From: an uncultured bacterium
GTDB lineage: Bacteria; Patescibacteriota; Patescibacteriia; Patescibacteriales; UBA12465
Reading direction: 5' to 3'
Length of the DNA: 64,000 bases
Assembly: GCA_938003925.1 (NCBI GenBank)
Contig: CALKWQ010000023.1
Coordinates: 150,554 to 214,553, forward strand
The notes under the pieces were generated by a model. That model did not search any database. It was not told where the DNA came from and was given only the letters and a program-made list of their open reading frames with translations. Shown in pieces: positions 1 through 12,745 of the stretch (the first letter of the stretch is position 1; each line of letters begins with the position of its first letter). The translations under genes and the position numbers were made by a program.

Positions 1-1
1 T

Positions 2-865
2 CGGTTTGATCGCCAGGTAATGATTGATCGCCCCGACCTTAAAGACCGCGAAGCAATCTTAAAGGTGCATGTGAAGAAAAAACCTCTGGCGAAGGAAGTT
101 GATTTAAAGCGCATCGCGGAAAGAACGCCGGGATTTTCTGGCGCCGATTTGGCCAATTTATTAAACGAGGCGGCAATTTTAACCGCACGTTTAAATAAAA
201 CAGTCATTGGTATGGAAGAATTGTTTTCGGCAATTGAGAAAGTTATGATTGGGCCGGAGCGTAAAAGCAGAGTGATTAATGACAAAGAAAAAAAGATTAC
301 AGCTTATCACGAAGCCGGGCATGCCTTAGTTGCCCATTTTCTGCCCAATAGTGACCCGGTGCAGAAAGTTTCCATTATTGCTCGCGGTAGTGCCGGTGGC
401 TATACCCTTAAGGTCCCAACGGAGGATCGTTATTTTCAATCCAAGTCAGATTTTATTGATGAAATTGCTGTTTTGCTGGCTGGTCATTTGGTGGAAAAAG
501 ATATTTTTGGCGAGGTAACCACTGGAGCTACTTCTGATTTGCGTCGGGCGACTTCGGTGGCTAGGAGTTTAATTACTGATTATGGCATGAGTGACTTGCT
601 TGGTCCACGTACTTTTGGCCAGAAAGAAGAGCTTATTTTTTTAGGCAGAGAAATTCATGAGCAACGTGATTACAGTGAGAAGATCGCCGAACAGATCGAT
701 TCGGAAATTTCCACCTTCATTAATCAGGCGACTCTTAAAGCTCAAGACGTCTTGCGTCAGCACCGAGAAAAATTAGAGCAAGTAGTTCAGGCTTTGTTAC
801 GTCAAGAGACTTTAGAGAAGGAGGAATTCGAAGCTATTGTTGGTTCTGCAACAGTGGCAGTCTAG
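2..865 (+). CDS. ftsH: ATP-dependent zinc metalloprotease FtsH, C-terminal part. The 5' end is truncated by the window edge, and the frame is open from nt 2 (…RFDRQVMIDRPD…).
   Basis: It carries the AAA C-terminal segment and the HEAGHALV zinc-binding motif (HExxH). The M41 peptidase domain has the expected length and ends with a coiled C-terminus. Confidence 0.9.
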   Translation, partial: RFDRQVMIDRPDLKDREAILKVHVKKKPLAKEVDLKRIAERTPGFSGADLANLLNEAAILTARLNKTVIGMEELFSAIEKVMIGPERKSRVINDKEKKITAYHEAGHALVAHFLPNSDPVQKVSIIARGSAGGYTLKVPTEDRYFQSKSDFIDEIAVLLAGHLVEKDIFGEVTTGATSDLRRATSVARSLITDYGMSDLLGPRTFGQKEELIFLGREIHEQRDYSEKIAEQIDSEISTFINQATLKAQDVLRQHREKLEQVVQALLRQETLEKEEFEAIVGSATVAV

Positions 866-974
866 AGTTCAGAATTTGACTAATATTATTTTTTAGTTAT
901 ACTAAAAACAGATACGCGGCGCTCAAGATAAATTTTGCTGTAAATTGTTTAATTTTTGCGTTTAATATAAATAT

Positions 975-1175
975 ATGGCTAATCCTAAGAAAAGAAAATC
1001 AAGTAGTGCGGTGCGTACCAATCGGGCGCATTTAGCTTTAGATGTCGTCGCCTTAGATAAATGTCCTCAATGTGGTAAGGCAAAAAAACCACACACCGTG
1101 TGCGCTTTTTGTGGCACTTATCGGGGCCGTCAAGTTTTAAAAGTAGCGGCTAAGCCAGCTAAGGCTAAGAAATAA
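975..1175 (+). CDS. rpmF: 50S ribosomal protein L32
   Basis: The product is a 66-aa basic protein starting [10 protein letters not shown] and containing a CPxCG…C…C zinc-ribbon motif typical of L32. It has a short KA-rich C-terminal tail. Confidence 0.8.
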   Translation: MANPKKRKSSSAVRTNRAHLALDVVALDKCPQCGKAKKPHTVCAFCGTYRGRQVLKVAAKPAKAKK

Positions 1176-1180
1176 TCTCT

Positions 1181-1705
1181 ATGTCCAACCGTCATTTAGC
1201 TCGTACTATCGCTTTGCAAACTTTGTTTGCTTGGGATTTTAACGGCAAAAATGGCCAGAACACCGAGTCTCTGATGCGTGATAATTTTGTTAATTTCGCG
1301 CCTAATTTTGACGATGGTGGTTTTGTGGGGGAATTAGTGAGAGGAGTTGTAGATAATTTAGCCGATATTGATGTTTTAATCGTCCGCTATGCCACCGAAT
1401 GGCCTTTAGACCAAATTACTACGATTGACCGTAATATTTTGCGTTTAGGTATCTTTGAATTAGTTTATACCGCTATACCGCCACGGGTCGCCATTAATGA
1501 GGCTATTGAGGTTGCCAAGAGTTTCGGCGGTGATGCTTCAGGCAAGTTTGTTAACGGTGTTTTAGGGGCCATTTATAATGATTGGCCCGAAGAAGAAAAA
1601 AAGAAAAGAGACAATCATTGGGATAAGGAGTCCGCTGCCATCCCCGAGGAGGGAGAAACGGTCGTTGCTGATCAAGAATCAGAATCTGCGCCGGCGTCCG
1701 ATTAA
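1181..1705 (+). CDS. nusB: Transcription antitermination factor NusB
   Basis: The N-terminus [14 protein letters not shown] and the overall 140-aa helical NusB-like core match NusB. It ends in an acidic C-terminal tail. A boxA-like element is present in the rRNA leader of this same window. Confidence 0.8.
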   Translation: MSNRHLARTIALQTLFAWDFNGKNGQNTESLMRDNFVNFAPNFDDGGFVGELVRGVVDNLADIDVLIVRYATEWPLDQITTIDRNILRLGIFELVYTAIPPRVAINEAIEVAKSFGGDASGKFVNGVLGAIYNDWPEEEKKKRDNHWDKESAAIPEEGETVVADQESESAPASD

Positions 1706-1794
1706 TAATAGTCATAATCTAAGCCCGCGTTTTTCGCGGGCCTTTGTTTAATCTTAACTTGTTGTGCAACGGTGTGGTGGCGCCTCATCTTTAG

Positions 1795-2517
1795 ATGCCA
1801 CGATTCCGCTACGTAACCAAATTTATGCCCGAGTTATCTAAATTACAAAAGACCATCAATTTACATTTTCACAATCAAGAAATTTTGCGCCAAGCTATGG
1901 TGCATCGTTCTTATTTAAATGAACATCCTGAATTCCCCTGCGGGCATAATGAACGTTTGGAGTTTTTGGGTGATGCGGTATTAGAAATTATTGTAACTGA
2001 GCATTTATATATTAATTATCCAGAGACGCCAGAAGGTGATTTAACTAATTGGCGCGCTTCCTTAGTTAATGCTAAAATGCTTTACGTTATTGCTAATGAG
2101 TTATCTTTAGAATCATATCTGTATTTATCTCGTGGTGAAGCCAAAGACAAGGACAAAAAGTCACGTCACTACATTTTAGCTAATGCCGTTGAAGCTTTAA
2201 TTGGTGCAATTTATTTAGATCAGGGCCTAGATAAGGCTAAGGACTTTGTTTTGCACTGGATTGTGGTGAAATTACCAGAGATACTTAAGACGCAAGCTTA
2301 TCTCGACCCGAAATCACGTTTTCAAGAACAGGCGCAAGATAAACGTGGTATTACACCTCGATATGATATTTTAGGCGAAGAGGGCCCTGACCACGCCAAG
2401 ATGTTTAAAGTTGGACTTTATTTGGGTGAAGAGCTGGTCTCCACGGGTGAGGGTTCATCTAAACAAGAGGCTCAGGTGGACGCCGCTGCTAAAGGTTTAA
2501 AAAAGCTTAATTGGTAA
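1795..2517 (+). CDS. rnc: Ribonuclease III. An alternative start at Met 1825 (MPELSKLQ) is possible.
   Basis: It has the RNase III signature ERLEFLGDAVLE. A C-terminal dsRBD-like segment (GEGSSKQEAQVDAAAKGL) is present. Confidence 0.9.
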   Translation: MPRFRYVTKFMPELSKLQKTINLHFHNQEILRQAMVHRSYLNEHPEFPCGHNERLEFLGDAVLEIIVTEHLYINYPETPEGDLTNWRASLVNAKMLYVIANELSLESYLYLSRGEAKDKDKKSRHYILANAVEALIGAIYLDQGLDKAKDFVLHWIVVKLPEILKTQAYLDPKSRFQEQAQDKRGITPRYDILGEEGPDHAKMFKVGLYLGEELVSTGEGSSKQEAQVDAAAKGLKKLNW

Positions 2518-2523
2518 AAATCT

Positions 2524-3576
2524 ATGGACGTTAGAAAAATGTTGAGTCTGGCTGGCCAACAAGGTGCTTCTGATTTACACCTGGTTTTTGGTTTAGCCCC
2601 GATGGCTAGATACGACGGTCAATTACGTGCGCTCGTATCTGGTGATAAATCCTATCCACTGTTGTCAGATTTAGATTTAGAACAGGCAACTAAAACATTA
2701 TTAGACGTTAATCAGCGCGCCAGATTAGAAGAAGATAGAGATTTAGACGCCGCTACCTCTGTTGATTCATATCGTTTTCGTTTGAATTTTTGTTTTGAGC
2801 GTGGGCATCTTAAAATTGTTGCTCGTGTTATCGATGAGCATAAGCCTACTTTGGAAGAAATTGGTATGCCTGCCTCTGTTACTGATTTATTGAATTTACC
2901 CCAAGGCCTAATTCTCGTTACTGGTCCTACCGGATGCGGTAAATCTACTACTTTAGCGGCCATGATTAATCAGATTAATAATCAGCGCACTTGTCACATT
3001 GTTACCTTGGAAGATCCAATTGAATATGTTTTTATCCCGGATAAAAGCATCATCTCTCAGCGCCAACTCGGTGATGATATGCTGTCTTTCGAAGCTGGCT
3101 TAAAGCATGCTTTGCGCCAAGACCCCAATGTTATTATGATTGGCGAAATGCGCGATTTAGAGACTATTTCTGCCGCTATTACCTTGGCTGAGACTGGTCA
3201 CTTAGTTTTAGCTACCCTTCATACTTATAGTGCTGCTCAGACCATCGATCGTATAATTGATATCTTTCCTGCCCATCAGCAGTCTCAAATCCGCTCTCAG
3301 TTGTCTATGATCCTGGCGGCGGTTATTTCTCAGAGATTATTGCCACGCATCTCTGGCGGACGCATAGCGGCCAGAGAAATTTTGATTAGCAATAATGCCA
3401 TTGCTAATCTAATTAGAGAGGGTAAAATTGCTCAGATTAAGACAGTGCTAGAAACTAATATCCAAAATGGCATGACCACCATGGACCGGCATTTAAAGCA
3501 ATTATATCAGGCGGGCGAAATTGAACGTGAAGTGGCTTTAAACTACATGGAGGAAAGCGGCTTTATCGACTCTTAA
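2524..3576 (+). CDS. pilT: Type IV pilus retraction ATPase PilT (PilT/PilU family)
   Basis: It has the Walker A motif GPTGCGKSTT. Asp/His box regions typical of the PilT/VirB11 secretion ATPase family are present, and its 350 aa fits PilT rather than PilB. It starts 7 nt after the rnc stop. Confidence 0.8.
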   Translation: MDVRKMLSLAGQQGASDLHLVFGLAPMARYDGQLRALVSGDKSYPLLSDLDLEQATKTLLDVNQRARLEEDRDLDAATSVDSYRFRLNFCFERGHLKIVARVIDEHKPTLEEIGMPASVTDLLNLPQGLILVTGPTGCGKSTTLAAMINQINNQRTCHIVTLEDPIEYVFIPDKSIISQRQLGDDMLSFEAGLKHALRQDPNVIMIGEMRDLETISAAITLAETGHLVLATLHTYSAAQTIDRIIDIFPAHQQSQIRSQLSMILAAVISQRLLPRISGGRIAAREILISNNAIANLIREGKIAQIKTVLETNIQNGMTTMDRHLKQLYQAGEIEREVALNYMEESGFIDS

Positions 3577-3620
3577 TATTAATCTAAATTATTGTTAAAA
3601 TAAGCCCTTTTTACAGGACT

Positions 3621-3655
3621 TGACATTATTTTTAAAAGCCCTATAATTAATATCA
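3621..3655 (+). promoter_or_regulatory. Consensus sigma70-type promoter (TTGACA-N16-TATAAT)
   Basis: Both hexamers are exact matches (ttgaca…tataat) at 16-nt spacing. It sits about 330 nt upstream of the 23S rRNA 5' end. Confidence 0.6.
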
Positions 3656-3741
3656 GTTTTTATAAAGCCTATGTATATTCATTTTAGTGTCTCAAAAATT
3701 AAGCGGTTATAGAATAATTGGCTATTTTGCGATTATTTTAA

Positions 3742-3764
3742 AACCGCGACCATCGCGGTTTTTT
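3742..3764 (+). terminator. Rho-independent terminator-like hairpin in the rRNA leader. The stem accgcga/tcgcggt is followed by a T6 tract.
   Basis: The hairpin is perfect over 7 bp with a 3-nt loop and is followed by tttttt. It lies between the consensus promoter and the boxA element. Confidence 0.55.
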
Positions 3765-3846
3765 GGACCTCTAGAATGGATTTATCTCAAATTAAATATT
3801 TACTCGCCTTTATCAGTTCGCTGGTAATGGCAACGGAATATTTAAT

Positions 3847-3859
3847 TGCACTTTAACAG
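3847..3859 (+). promoter_or_regulatory. boxA-like antitermination element in the rRNA leader
   Basis: The sequence tgcactttaacag(ttaaata) closely resembles the rrn boxA consensus TGCTCTTTAACAATTTA. It lies about 130 nt upstream of the 23S 5' end. Confidence 0.55.
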
Positions 3860-3987
3860 TTAAATATTTTTTTGTCGCTTTTTTCTAAAAAGCGAACTGT
3901 CTATCGTCGGTTTATTTTGCAATTTCCGGGCGATAGACAAAGTTAATCACGTTCGCGAAGGAACGTGTACGCTTTTGAAAACAAAAG

Positions 3988-6995
<3,008 letters not shown>

Positions 6996-7056
6996 TCCCA
7001 CGCTTTTGTTTTTCAAGCAAAAATACTTCGAAAATATATAAAAAGACGCCATTGTT

Positions 7057-7170
7057 CTGGTGGTTAAAGCGGAGGGGTCACACCTGATCCCTTCCCGAAC
7101 TCAGCAGTTAAGCCCTCCAGCGCCGATGATACTTGGGCCTGAGCCCTGGGAAAGTAGGTCGCCGCCAGAA
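7057..7170 (+). rRNA. rrf: 5S ribosomal RNA
   Basis: The terminal helix pairs tctggtggt with gccgccaga. Internally it has CCTGATCCCTTCCCGAACTCAG…GCCGATGATACTTGGG…GGGAAAGTAGGTCGCCGCC, typical of bacterial 5S. It lies 60 nt downstream of the 23S. Confidence 0.9.
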
Positions 7171-7225
7171 CAATGGTGTTTTTTTATTGGAAATTTATTT
7201 CTCATCTTAGAAGCTATTCAAAAAA

Positions 7226-7251
7226 GCACCGTCTCAAAGCGGTGTTTTTTT
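7226..7251 (+). terminator. Rho-independent terminator after the 5S rRNA
   Basis: The hairpin gcaccg-tctcaaag-cggtgt is followed by ttttttt. Confidence 0.7.
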
Positions 7252-7308
7252 GTGCTCTATTTTTTTATTAGTGAAAAGGCATTATAATAAAATAATAATA
7301 TATAACCT

Positions 7309-8715
7309 ATGTCTTTAATTAAATCCATTTCCGGTATCCGGGGAACTATTGGTGGTGAGCCTGGTAATAATTTGACGCCAGTAGATTTAGTTACTTTTTT
7401 GTCCGCGTTTGCTGTTCAATTACATCGCCAATTTCCAGATTTACCAACACCGGCAGTCGTGTTGGGGAGAGATGGTCGTGTCAGCGGCCCCGTACTACAT
7501 GATTTAAGCCGATCAATTTTACAGTTAAACGGATTAAAGGTCTTAGATGCTGGCTTGGCGACCACTCCCACCATAGCTATGGCGGTTACTAAACATCAAG
7601 CTCAAGGAGGGGTGATATTAAGCGCTTCACATAATCCTCGTCAATGGAACGCTTTAAAATTATTAAATAATCAGGGAGAATTTATAACTAAAGATGATGG
7701 CCTGGAGTTATTAAAACTTGCTGGTGAGGCTAAATTTATTTATCCAGGTATTGACTCACTTGGAGCAGTAGAGGGTTTGTCTACAGCCTTAGAGGAGCAT
7801 TTAGAGGCTATTTTAAAACTAAAGCTGGTAGATGTCACTGCTATTGCTGGGCGTGATTTTAAAATCATAGTTGATGGTATTAATTCCGTTGGCGCCATGG
7901 CTATTCCCGCTCTCTTAACAGCTTTAGGTGTGACTCAAATAGAGGTTATTAACAGCGAGATAAATGGTGAATTTGCTCATAATCCCGAGCCTTTAGATGA
8001 GCATTTAAGTGCCGTTAAAGAGCGCGTTAAAGCGAGTGGGGCTGACTTGGGCATTGTTGTCGACCCTGATGTCGACCGTCTTGCTTTTATTGATGAACAC
8101 GGCGAGATGTTTGGCGAGGAGTATACCCTAGTGGCTGTGGCTGATTACGTATTACATGATTATTGCCCTTGCTTCTATCAGAAGATATCAGTTTCCAATC
8201 TATCTTCTTCTCGGGCTCTGCGTGATATTACTGAAAAGCGCGGTGGCTCTTATTATGCTACAGCTGTAGGAGAAATTAATGTCGTGGCTAAAATGAAAGA
8301 AGTGGGGGCAGTAATTGGGGGCGAAGGTAATGGCGGTATTATCTATCCAGAGTTGCATTATGGTCGCGATGCCTTGGTGGGGGTAGCCTTATTCTTAAGT
8401 CATTTGGCACAAAGCGACGTTTCCGTCTCATCTTTGCGGCAGACATTGCCTGCTTATGAGATGGTTAAGGATAGACTGGACTTGCCCGTTGGTGCAGATT
8501 TATCGGCAATTTTAAATTTAGTAAAACAAGCTTACGTCGGAGAGCAAATAACAGACGTTGATGGCATAAAGATTGATTGGCCCGAGTCTTGGGTGCATCT
8601 GCGGGCTTCCAACACCGAACCAATCATACGTATTTATGCGGAAGCTACTTCCAAGGAAAAGGCTAGATTAATTGTTGACCAGGTTAAGACGGTTGTTTCT
8701 AGCTTAATTAAGTAG
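7309..8715 (+). CDS. Phosphohexomutase of the GlmM/ManB family (phosphoglucosamine mutase or phosphomannomutase)
   Basis: It has the active-site Ser motif ILSASHNP. The N-terminal SGIRGTIG, a metal-binding DPDVDR and a sugar-binding GEGNGG are also present. Its 468 aa fit the family. Confidence 0.8.
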   Translation: MSLIKSISGIRGTIGGEPGNNLTPVDLVTFLSAFAVQLHRQFPDLPTPAVVLGRDGRVSGPVLHDLSRSILQLNGLKVLDAGLATTPTIAMAVTKHQAQGGVILSASHNPRQWNALKLLNNQGEFITKDDGLELLKLAGEAKFIYPGIDSLGAVEGLSTALEEHLEAILKLKLVDVTAIAGRDFKIIVDGINSVGAMAIPALLTALGVTQIEVINSEINGEFAHNPEPLDEHLSAVKERVKASGADLGIVVDPDVDRLAFIDEHGEMFGEEYTLVAVADYVLHDYCPCFYQKISVSNLSSSRALRDITEKRGGSYYATAVGEINVVAKMKEVGAVIGGEGNGGIIYPELHYGRDALVGVALFLSHLAQSDVSVSSLRQTLPAYEMVKDRLDLPVGADLSAILNLVKQAYVGEQITDVDGIKIDWPESWVHLRASNTEPIIRIYAEATSKEKARLIVDQVKTVVSSLIK

Positions 8716-8766
8716 TGGATTTTAAAAGAGGCCCGGATATCGTGTGATGATTTCCGGGCCTTTGTT

Positions 8767-9294
8767 TTAGGCTTTTTTAGCCCTTCGTGTCGCCGCTCGC
8801 TTAATCCTTTGGTATCGCCAGTAGGAATAGATAATTTTTCTTAAATGAAATAGTAAGGGCGGACCGATAGCGATTAGTCCGAAGGAGATAAGGAACACTT
8901 TTAGACTGTTTACACCTAGCCCTAAACCGCCGACTAAGGTAAAACTGAGAGCAAAGAATAGGGGTAGTAATAACGGATTACTACGACAGTAATAACTTTT
9001 ATATTTAATACTATTAATGATTAGAACTAGGGCCAGACACATCATACGTATGTTAGCGGTGAGCTCCGGGTTCTGATTAATTTTGGTAAGCAGTGATACG
9101 GAGCCTAGTACTAAGCCTAGAATAATACCGATAGCGCGCGCCTGTTGTTTGTCTCTGCGGTTACTTTTAACCGATAGCAACAGAGCGATGACTAGAGCTA
9201 AGGAGGCGTCTAGTAATTGGAAGCCGTTTATCCAGGTCACTAAAGCGGCAATAGCGTTAAATAATAATAGGTGGCTGAAGGTGTAGTGTTTCAT
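8767..9294 (-). CDS. Hypothetical integral membrane protein with about 5 TM helices and a basic C-terminus
   Basis: It contains multiple hydrophobic helices, and the C-terminal tail RKIIYSYWRYQRIKRAATRRAKKA is Lys/Arg-rich. No recognisable motif was found. Confidence 0.45.
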   Translation of the reverse strand: MKHYTFSHLLLFNAIAALVTWINGFQLLDASLALVIALLLSVKSNRRDKQQARAIGIILGLVLGSVSLLTKINQNPELTANIRMMCLALVLIINSIKYKSYYCRSNPLLLPLFFALSFTLVGGLGLGVNSLKVFLISFGLIAIGPPLLFHLRKIIYSYWRYQRIKRAATRRAKKA

Positions 9295-9428
9295 TTTACC
9301 GATTGTTAAGGTTCATATTTTTATATAATATTAAATTATTTTTGTCAATATTAGAGTTAATTCTGGGTAGTAATTTACTCGTATTGATGTTAAAATAAAG
9401 ATAAATAAATAGAAGAATCATCCTCTTT

Positions 9429-10175
9429 ATGAAGACAAAAATCATTATTTTAGCAGCCGGCAAAGGTACACGTATGGGTTCAGAGTTGCCTAAGGTGCTA
9501 GTCCCTTTGCATGGTCGACCCATGATGGACTATTTATTAGCTGCCGTACGCGCTTCTGGCGCTGAAGATCGTCCTATCGTGGTTGTCTCGCCCGACAATC
9601 GGGATTTGATTGCACAGACTTTAGCTGCTTATGATTTTGAGATTGCAATTCAAGATCAACAGCTTGGTACTGGACATGCCGTAGCCTGCGCTAGGTCATA
9701 TTTAGATCGAGATGTAGATAATGTTTTAGTTTTATATGGTGATCAGCCTTTTTTAAGGGCAGAGTCTATTAAAACTTTTTGTGAATTAACGCCAACTGCC
9801 TTAACTATCATGTCTACAATTTTGCCTAGCTTTGATGGTTGGTATCATAATTTTTATCATCTTGGCCGCATTGCGCGTGATAGTAATGGTCACGTCCGGG
9901 CGATTGTGGAATATAAAGATGCTAATGATGAGGAAAAAGCCATTACAGAAATTAATCTAGGCTTTATGTGCTTTAACAAGCAGTGGCTGCTGGATAACAT
10001 TGATAAGCTTAATGCTAACAACAAAGCCCATGAATTTTATCTCACTAGCCTAGTCGATATTGCTAGAAATCAAGGCTTTAGTATCGATTGTTTGCCTATA
10101 GATTCGCGGGAGGCGATGGGTATTAATAGCCGCGAAGAATTATCCATCGCTGAAGGTTTAGCGACTAAAGAATGA
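9429..10175 (+). CDS. Sugar-phosphate nucleotidyltransferase resembling the GlmU N-terminal domain. It has only the nucleotidyltransferase domain and lacks a left-handed beta-helix acetyltransferase domain.
   Basis: The N-terminal LAAGKGTRMGSELPKVL is the canonical G-x-G-T-R motif of NTP-sugar pyrophosphorylases. The gene is 248 aa. It lies next to the phosphohexomutase. Confidence 0.7.
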   Translation: MKTKIIILAAGKGTRMGSELPKVLVPLHGRPMMDYLLAAVRASGAEDRPIVVVSPDNRDLIAQTLAAYDFEIAIQDQQLGTGHAVACARSYLDRDVDNVLVLYGDQPFLRAESIKTFCELTPTALTIMSTILPSFDGWYHNFYHLGRIARDSNGHVRAIVEYKDANDEEKAITEINLGFMCFNKQWLLDNIDKLNANNKAHEFYLTSLVDIARNQGFSIDCLPIDSREAMGINSREELSIAEGLATKE

Positions 10176-10231
10176 TTTCTATAGTTAGTGGCTGAAGCCG
10201 AAAATTATTTTTTTGTTTAGCACTAAAATAT

Positions 10232-10711
10232 ATGAGGCGTATTTTTTCACAGGTAATTATACTTATTTTGTTTCTGTTCTTAACTATCTTTGCCGCGGTT
10301 TGGTTTGAGGACACTGGCGGAGAAGAGCGGGATGCGGATAATAAGCGCGCTTCAGTGCGTTGGTTAGTGGTGGCTGGCCAAAACACTTGGTCTCTGATTG
10401 ATGCTTTATTAAAGTTATCCGAGCCGACTGACTATAATGATCCCGATCTTCTGTCTGATCAGCCGTATTCAGGCTCAGATATAGCATCCATTGTCCAATC
10501 GATGTCGCCGACAGCTTCCAGTCAGAATGACAATCTATCTTCTTTAGCTGATACGGCTTTAGCCAGTGAAAATAGTGATTTTAGGGAGTTTTTAAATAGT
10601 TTTTTTGACAGGGCGCCGGCTCTATATTTAGATACTAAAATCTATAGTAATGGTTGGCGTAATTTTGCTTCTTTGTATTGGCTGGAATACCAAAGTTTAC
10701 TTCAAGAATAA
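10232..10711 (+). CDS. Hypothetical protein with an N-terminal TM or signal anchor, then a Ser/Asp-rich segment
   Basis: The only evidence is a 159-aa ORF with a hydrophobic N-terminus (ILILFLFLTIFAAVWF). No motif was recognised. Confidence 0.35.
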   Translation: MRRIFSQVIILILFLFLTIFAAVWFEDTGGEERDADNKRASVRWLVVAGQNTWSLIDALLKLSEPTDYNDPDLLSDQPYSGSDIASIVQSMSPTASSQNDNLSSLADTALASENSDFREFLNSFFDRAPALYLDTKIYSNGWRNFASLYWLEYQSLLQE

Positions 10712-10882
10712 GGCTTTTCTGTTAAAAAAAGAGTTTTTATAGTATAATATATAAGCCGCTATTTGCGGTTTATCCTCTATTTAAGAGGTATTTAATTAGT
10801 TAATGTTAAACTCAATTTATTAATAAATAATGTGCGCCTGCTGACGGTTGGAGCTGATTTTCCCCGTTTTGGCGCTATATGT

Positions 10883-11953
10883 ATGTCTAAAGATAAAAAA
10901 AGCCCTGAGCTCAAGGAAGAGACTGCTGGCGCCCTTGCGCACGACAAGCGAGTCGAGGCAGCTGCTAATGCTATGGAGCAAATTAAGACTAAATTCGGTG
11001 ATGGCGCCATTATGAAATTTGGAGATGTGCGTAAAACTAACGTAGACGCTATCTCTACCGGTTGTTTATCTTTAGATTTAGCTTTTGGTATTGGTGGCGT
11101 GCCTCGCGGTCGCGTGATTGAAATTTTTGGCCCAGAATCTTCAGGCAAAACCACTTTAGCTCAACATATCGTAGCCGAGGTACAAAAATTAGGCGGTATT
11201 GCTGCCTTTGTTGACGCTGAACACGCTCTAGATCCTGATTACGCTGCTAAAATCGGAGTTAATGTTAATGAGTTACTAATCTCCCAGCCGGATTCAGGTG
11301 AACAAGCCTTAGAGATTGTAGAGACTCTGGTGAGATCTAATGCGGTCGATGTGGTGGTGGTAGATAGTGTGGCAGCTTTGGTTCCACAGAAAGAAATCGA
11401 GGGAGATATGGGGGACCAGCATATGGGCCTGCAGGCTAGATTAATGAGCCAAGCTTTACGCAAGCTCACCGGCATTATTGCTAAAACTAAAACTAGCGTT
11501 ATTTTTATTAATCAGATTCGTAATAAGATTGGCGTCTTCTTTGGCAACCCAGAAACCACTACCGGCGGTAATGCTTTGAAATTTTATTGTTCAGTTAGAG
11601 TTGAGGTCAGAAGAGCAGCCCAAATCAAGCAGGGTGAAAATATCATTGGCAATCGTGTAAAGGTAAAAATTGTGAAGAATAAAGTGGCAGCCCCTTTTCG
11701 TACCTGTGAATTTGATATTATGTATAATGAAGGCATTTCAGTGGCTGGAGATTTAGTTGATACTGGTGTAGAGTATGGCGTAGTTAAGAAAAATGGTAAT
11801 TCTTATACCTTTGGTGATATTAAGTTAGGCGTTGGTCGTGAGAACGCCAAGAAAACCATCAAAGAAGATAAAAAATTATTAGCTGAGATCCGAAAGGCTA
11901 TATTAACAGAAGTTAAAAGCAAAGAAATTGAAGCCGCTGGTGGCAAAAAATAG
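10883..11953 (+). CDS. recA: Recombinase RecA. The start is taken at MSKDKK, and the longer ORF from 10832 is probably an upstream extension.
   Basis: It has Walker [10 protein letters not shown] and the L2 region. Characteristic RecA segments such as [14 protein letters not shown] and [11 protein letters not shown] are present, and its 357 aa fit RecA. Confidence 0.95.
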   Translation: MSKDKKSPELKEETAGALAHDKRVEAAANAMEQIKTKFGDGAIMKFGDVRKTNVDAISTGCLSLDLAFGIGGVPRGRVIEIFGPESSGKTTLAQHIVAEVQKLGGIAAFVDAEHALDPDYAAKIGVNVNELLISQPDSGEQALEIVETLVRSNAVDVVVVDSVAALVPQKEIEGDMGDQHMGLQARLMSQALRKLTGIIAKTKTSVIFINQIRNKIGVFFGNPETTTGGNALKFYCSVRVEVRRAAQIKQGENIIGNRVKVKIVKNKVAAPFRTCEFDIMYNEGISVAGDLVDTGVEYGVVKKNGNSYTFGDIKLGVGRENAKKTIKEDKKLLAEIRKAILTEVKSKEIEAAGGKK

Positions 11954-11968
11954 CACTATCAATTAATC

Positions 11969-11990
11969 GGGCGCCCTAGTTAAGGCGCCC
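11969..11990 (+). terminator. Terminator hairpin after recA (gggcgcc-ctagttaa-ggcgccc)
   Basis: A 7-bp GC-rich stem is followed by a gttgtttatc U-rich tract. Confidence 0.55.
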
Positions 11991-11991
11991 G

Positions 11992-12681
11992 TTGTTTATC
12001 TATATGACTTACGTGTTATCAGTGGGTGGTTCGCTGTTAGCTCCTTCCTCTGGGGTGGATTTGAAATTTATCAAATCTTTTCGTAATTTTGTGCAAAAAC
12101 GTCTTGCTCGAGGGGATAGGTTAATTGTAGTTGCTGGCGGAGGATCAACTGCTCGTGAATATGTACGTGCGGCTGCCTCTAACGGTGCCAATGTCTACGA
12201 ACAAGACTATGTGGGCATTTTAGCTACCCGTCTAAACGCCGAGCTGCTTAGAGCTTCTTTGCGTCCGTGGTCAAGTAAACAAATTATTATTGACCCTCTG
12301 GGGCCGATAAATAAGAGGTCACGGTTACTGGTTGCTGGCGGCTACAAGCCGGGCAGGTCAACTGATTATGTAGCAGTAATGTTGGCTCGTCGTTACGGAG
12401 CTAAAACAGTTATTAATTTATCCAATATAGACTATGTCCGCGTAGAAGATCCGCATAAAAACCCGGAAGCGGGCGTGATTACTGATATTGATTGGATTGG
12501 CTTTCGACGTATAGTTGGTGATAATTGGCGCCCGGGCATGAACTCGCCTTTTGATCCAGTAGCCTCTAAAGAGGCTCAAAAAATTGGTTTGACCGTAGCT
12601 ATTATTAATGGGGCTAAATTAGCTAATTTACAGCGTTTTGTTGATGGCAAGAGTTTTGAGGGCACGATTATTCATGATTAG
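11992..12681 (+). CDS. pyrH: Amino-acid-kinase-family protein, a probable UMP kinase of the archaeal/eukaryal-like PyrH type. An alternative start lies at 12004.
   Basis: The N-terminal VLSVGGSLL and the LIVVAGGGSTAREY glycine-rich loop are characteristic of the carbamate/UMP kinase fold. Its roughly 225 aa fit this family. Confidence 0.6.
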   Translation: MFIYMTYVLSVGGSLLAPSSGVDLKFIKSFRNFVQKRLARGDRLIVVAGGGSTAREYVRAAASNGANVYEQDYVGILATRLNAELLRASLRPWSSKQIIIDPLGPINKRSRLLVAGGYKPGRSTDYVAVMLARRYGAKTVINLSNIDYVRVEDPHKNPEAGVITDIDWIGFRRIVGDNWRPGMNSPFDPVASKEAQKIGLTVAIINGAKLANLQRFVDGKSFEGTIIHD

Positions 12682-12713
12682 CAGTTATAATGATTTAATC
12701 GAAAGGTGATAAT

Positions 12714-12745
12714 AAAAAGACCCGCTTTGCGCGGGTTCTTTTTAT
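12714..12745. terminator. Bidirectional terminator hairpin between the pyrH-like gene (+) and adk (-)
   Basis: aaaagacccgc-tttg-cgcgggttcttttt is flanked by A-runs and T-runs on both sides. Confidence 0.65.

Noticed and set aside
10743-10748. A TATAAT hexamer 135 nt upstream of recA with two small hairpins in the leader. A LexA/Cheo-box SOS operator was considered.
   Set aside because: No CTGT-N8-ACAG or GAAC-N4-GTTC motif is present. The -35 partner is poor, so the call was not made.
10792-11475. Antisense ORFs (10792..11154 - and 11239..11475 -) inside recA
   Set aside because: They lie opposite a well-supported recA gene, and they are low-complexity translations.
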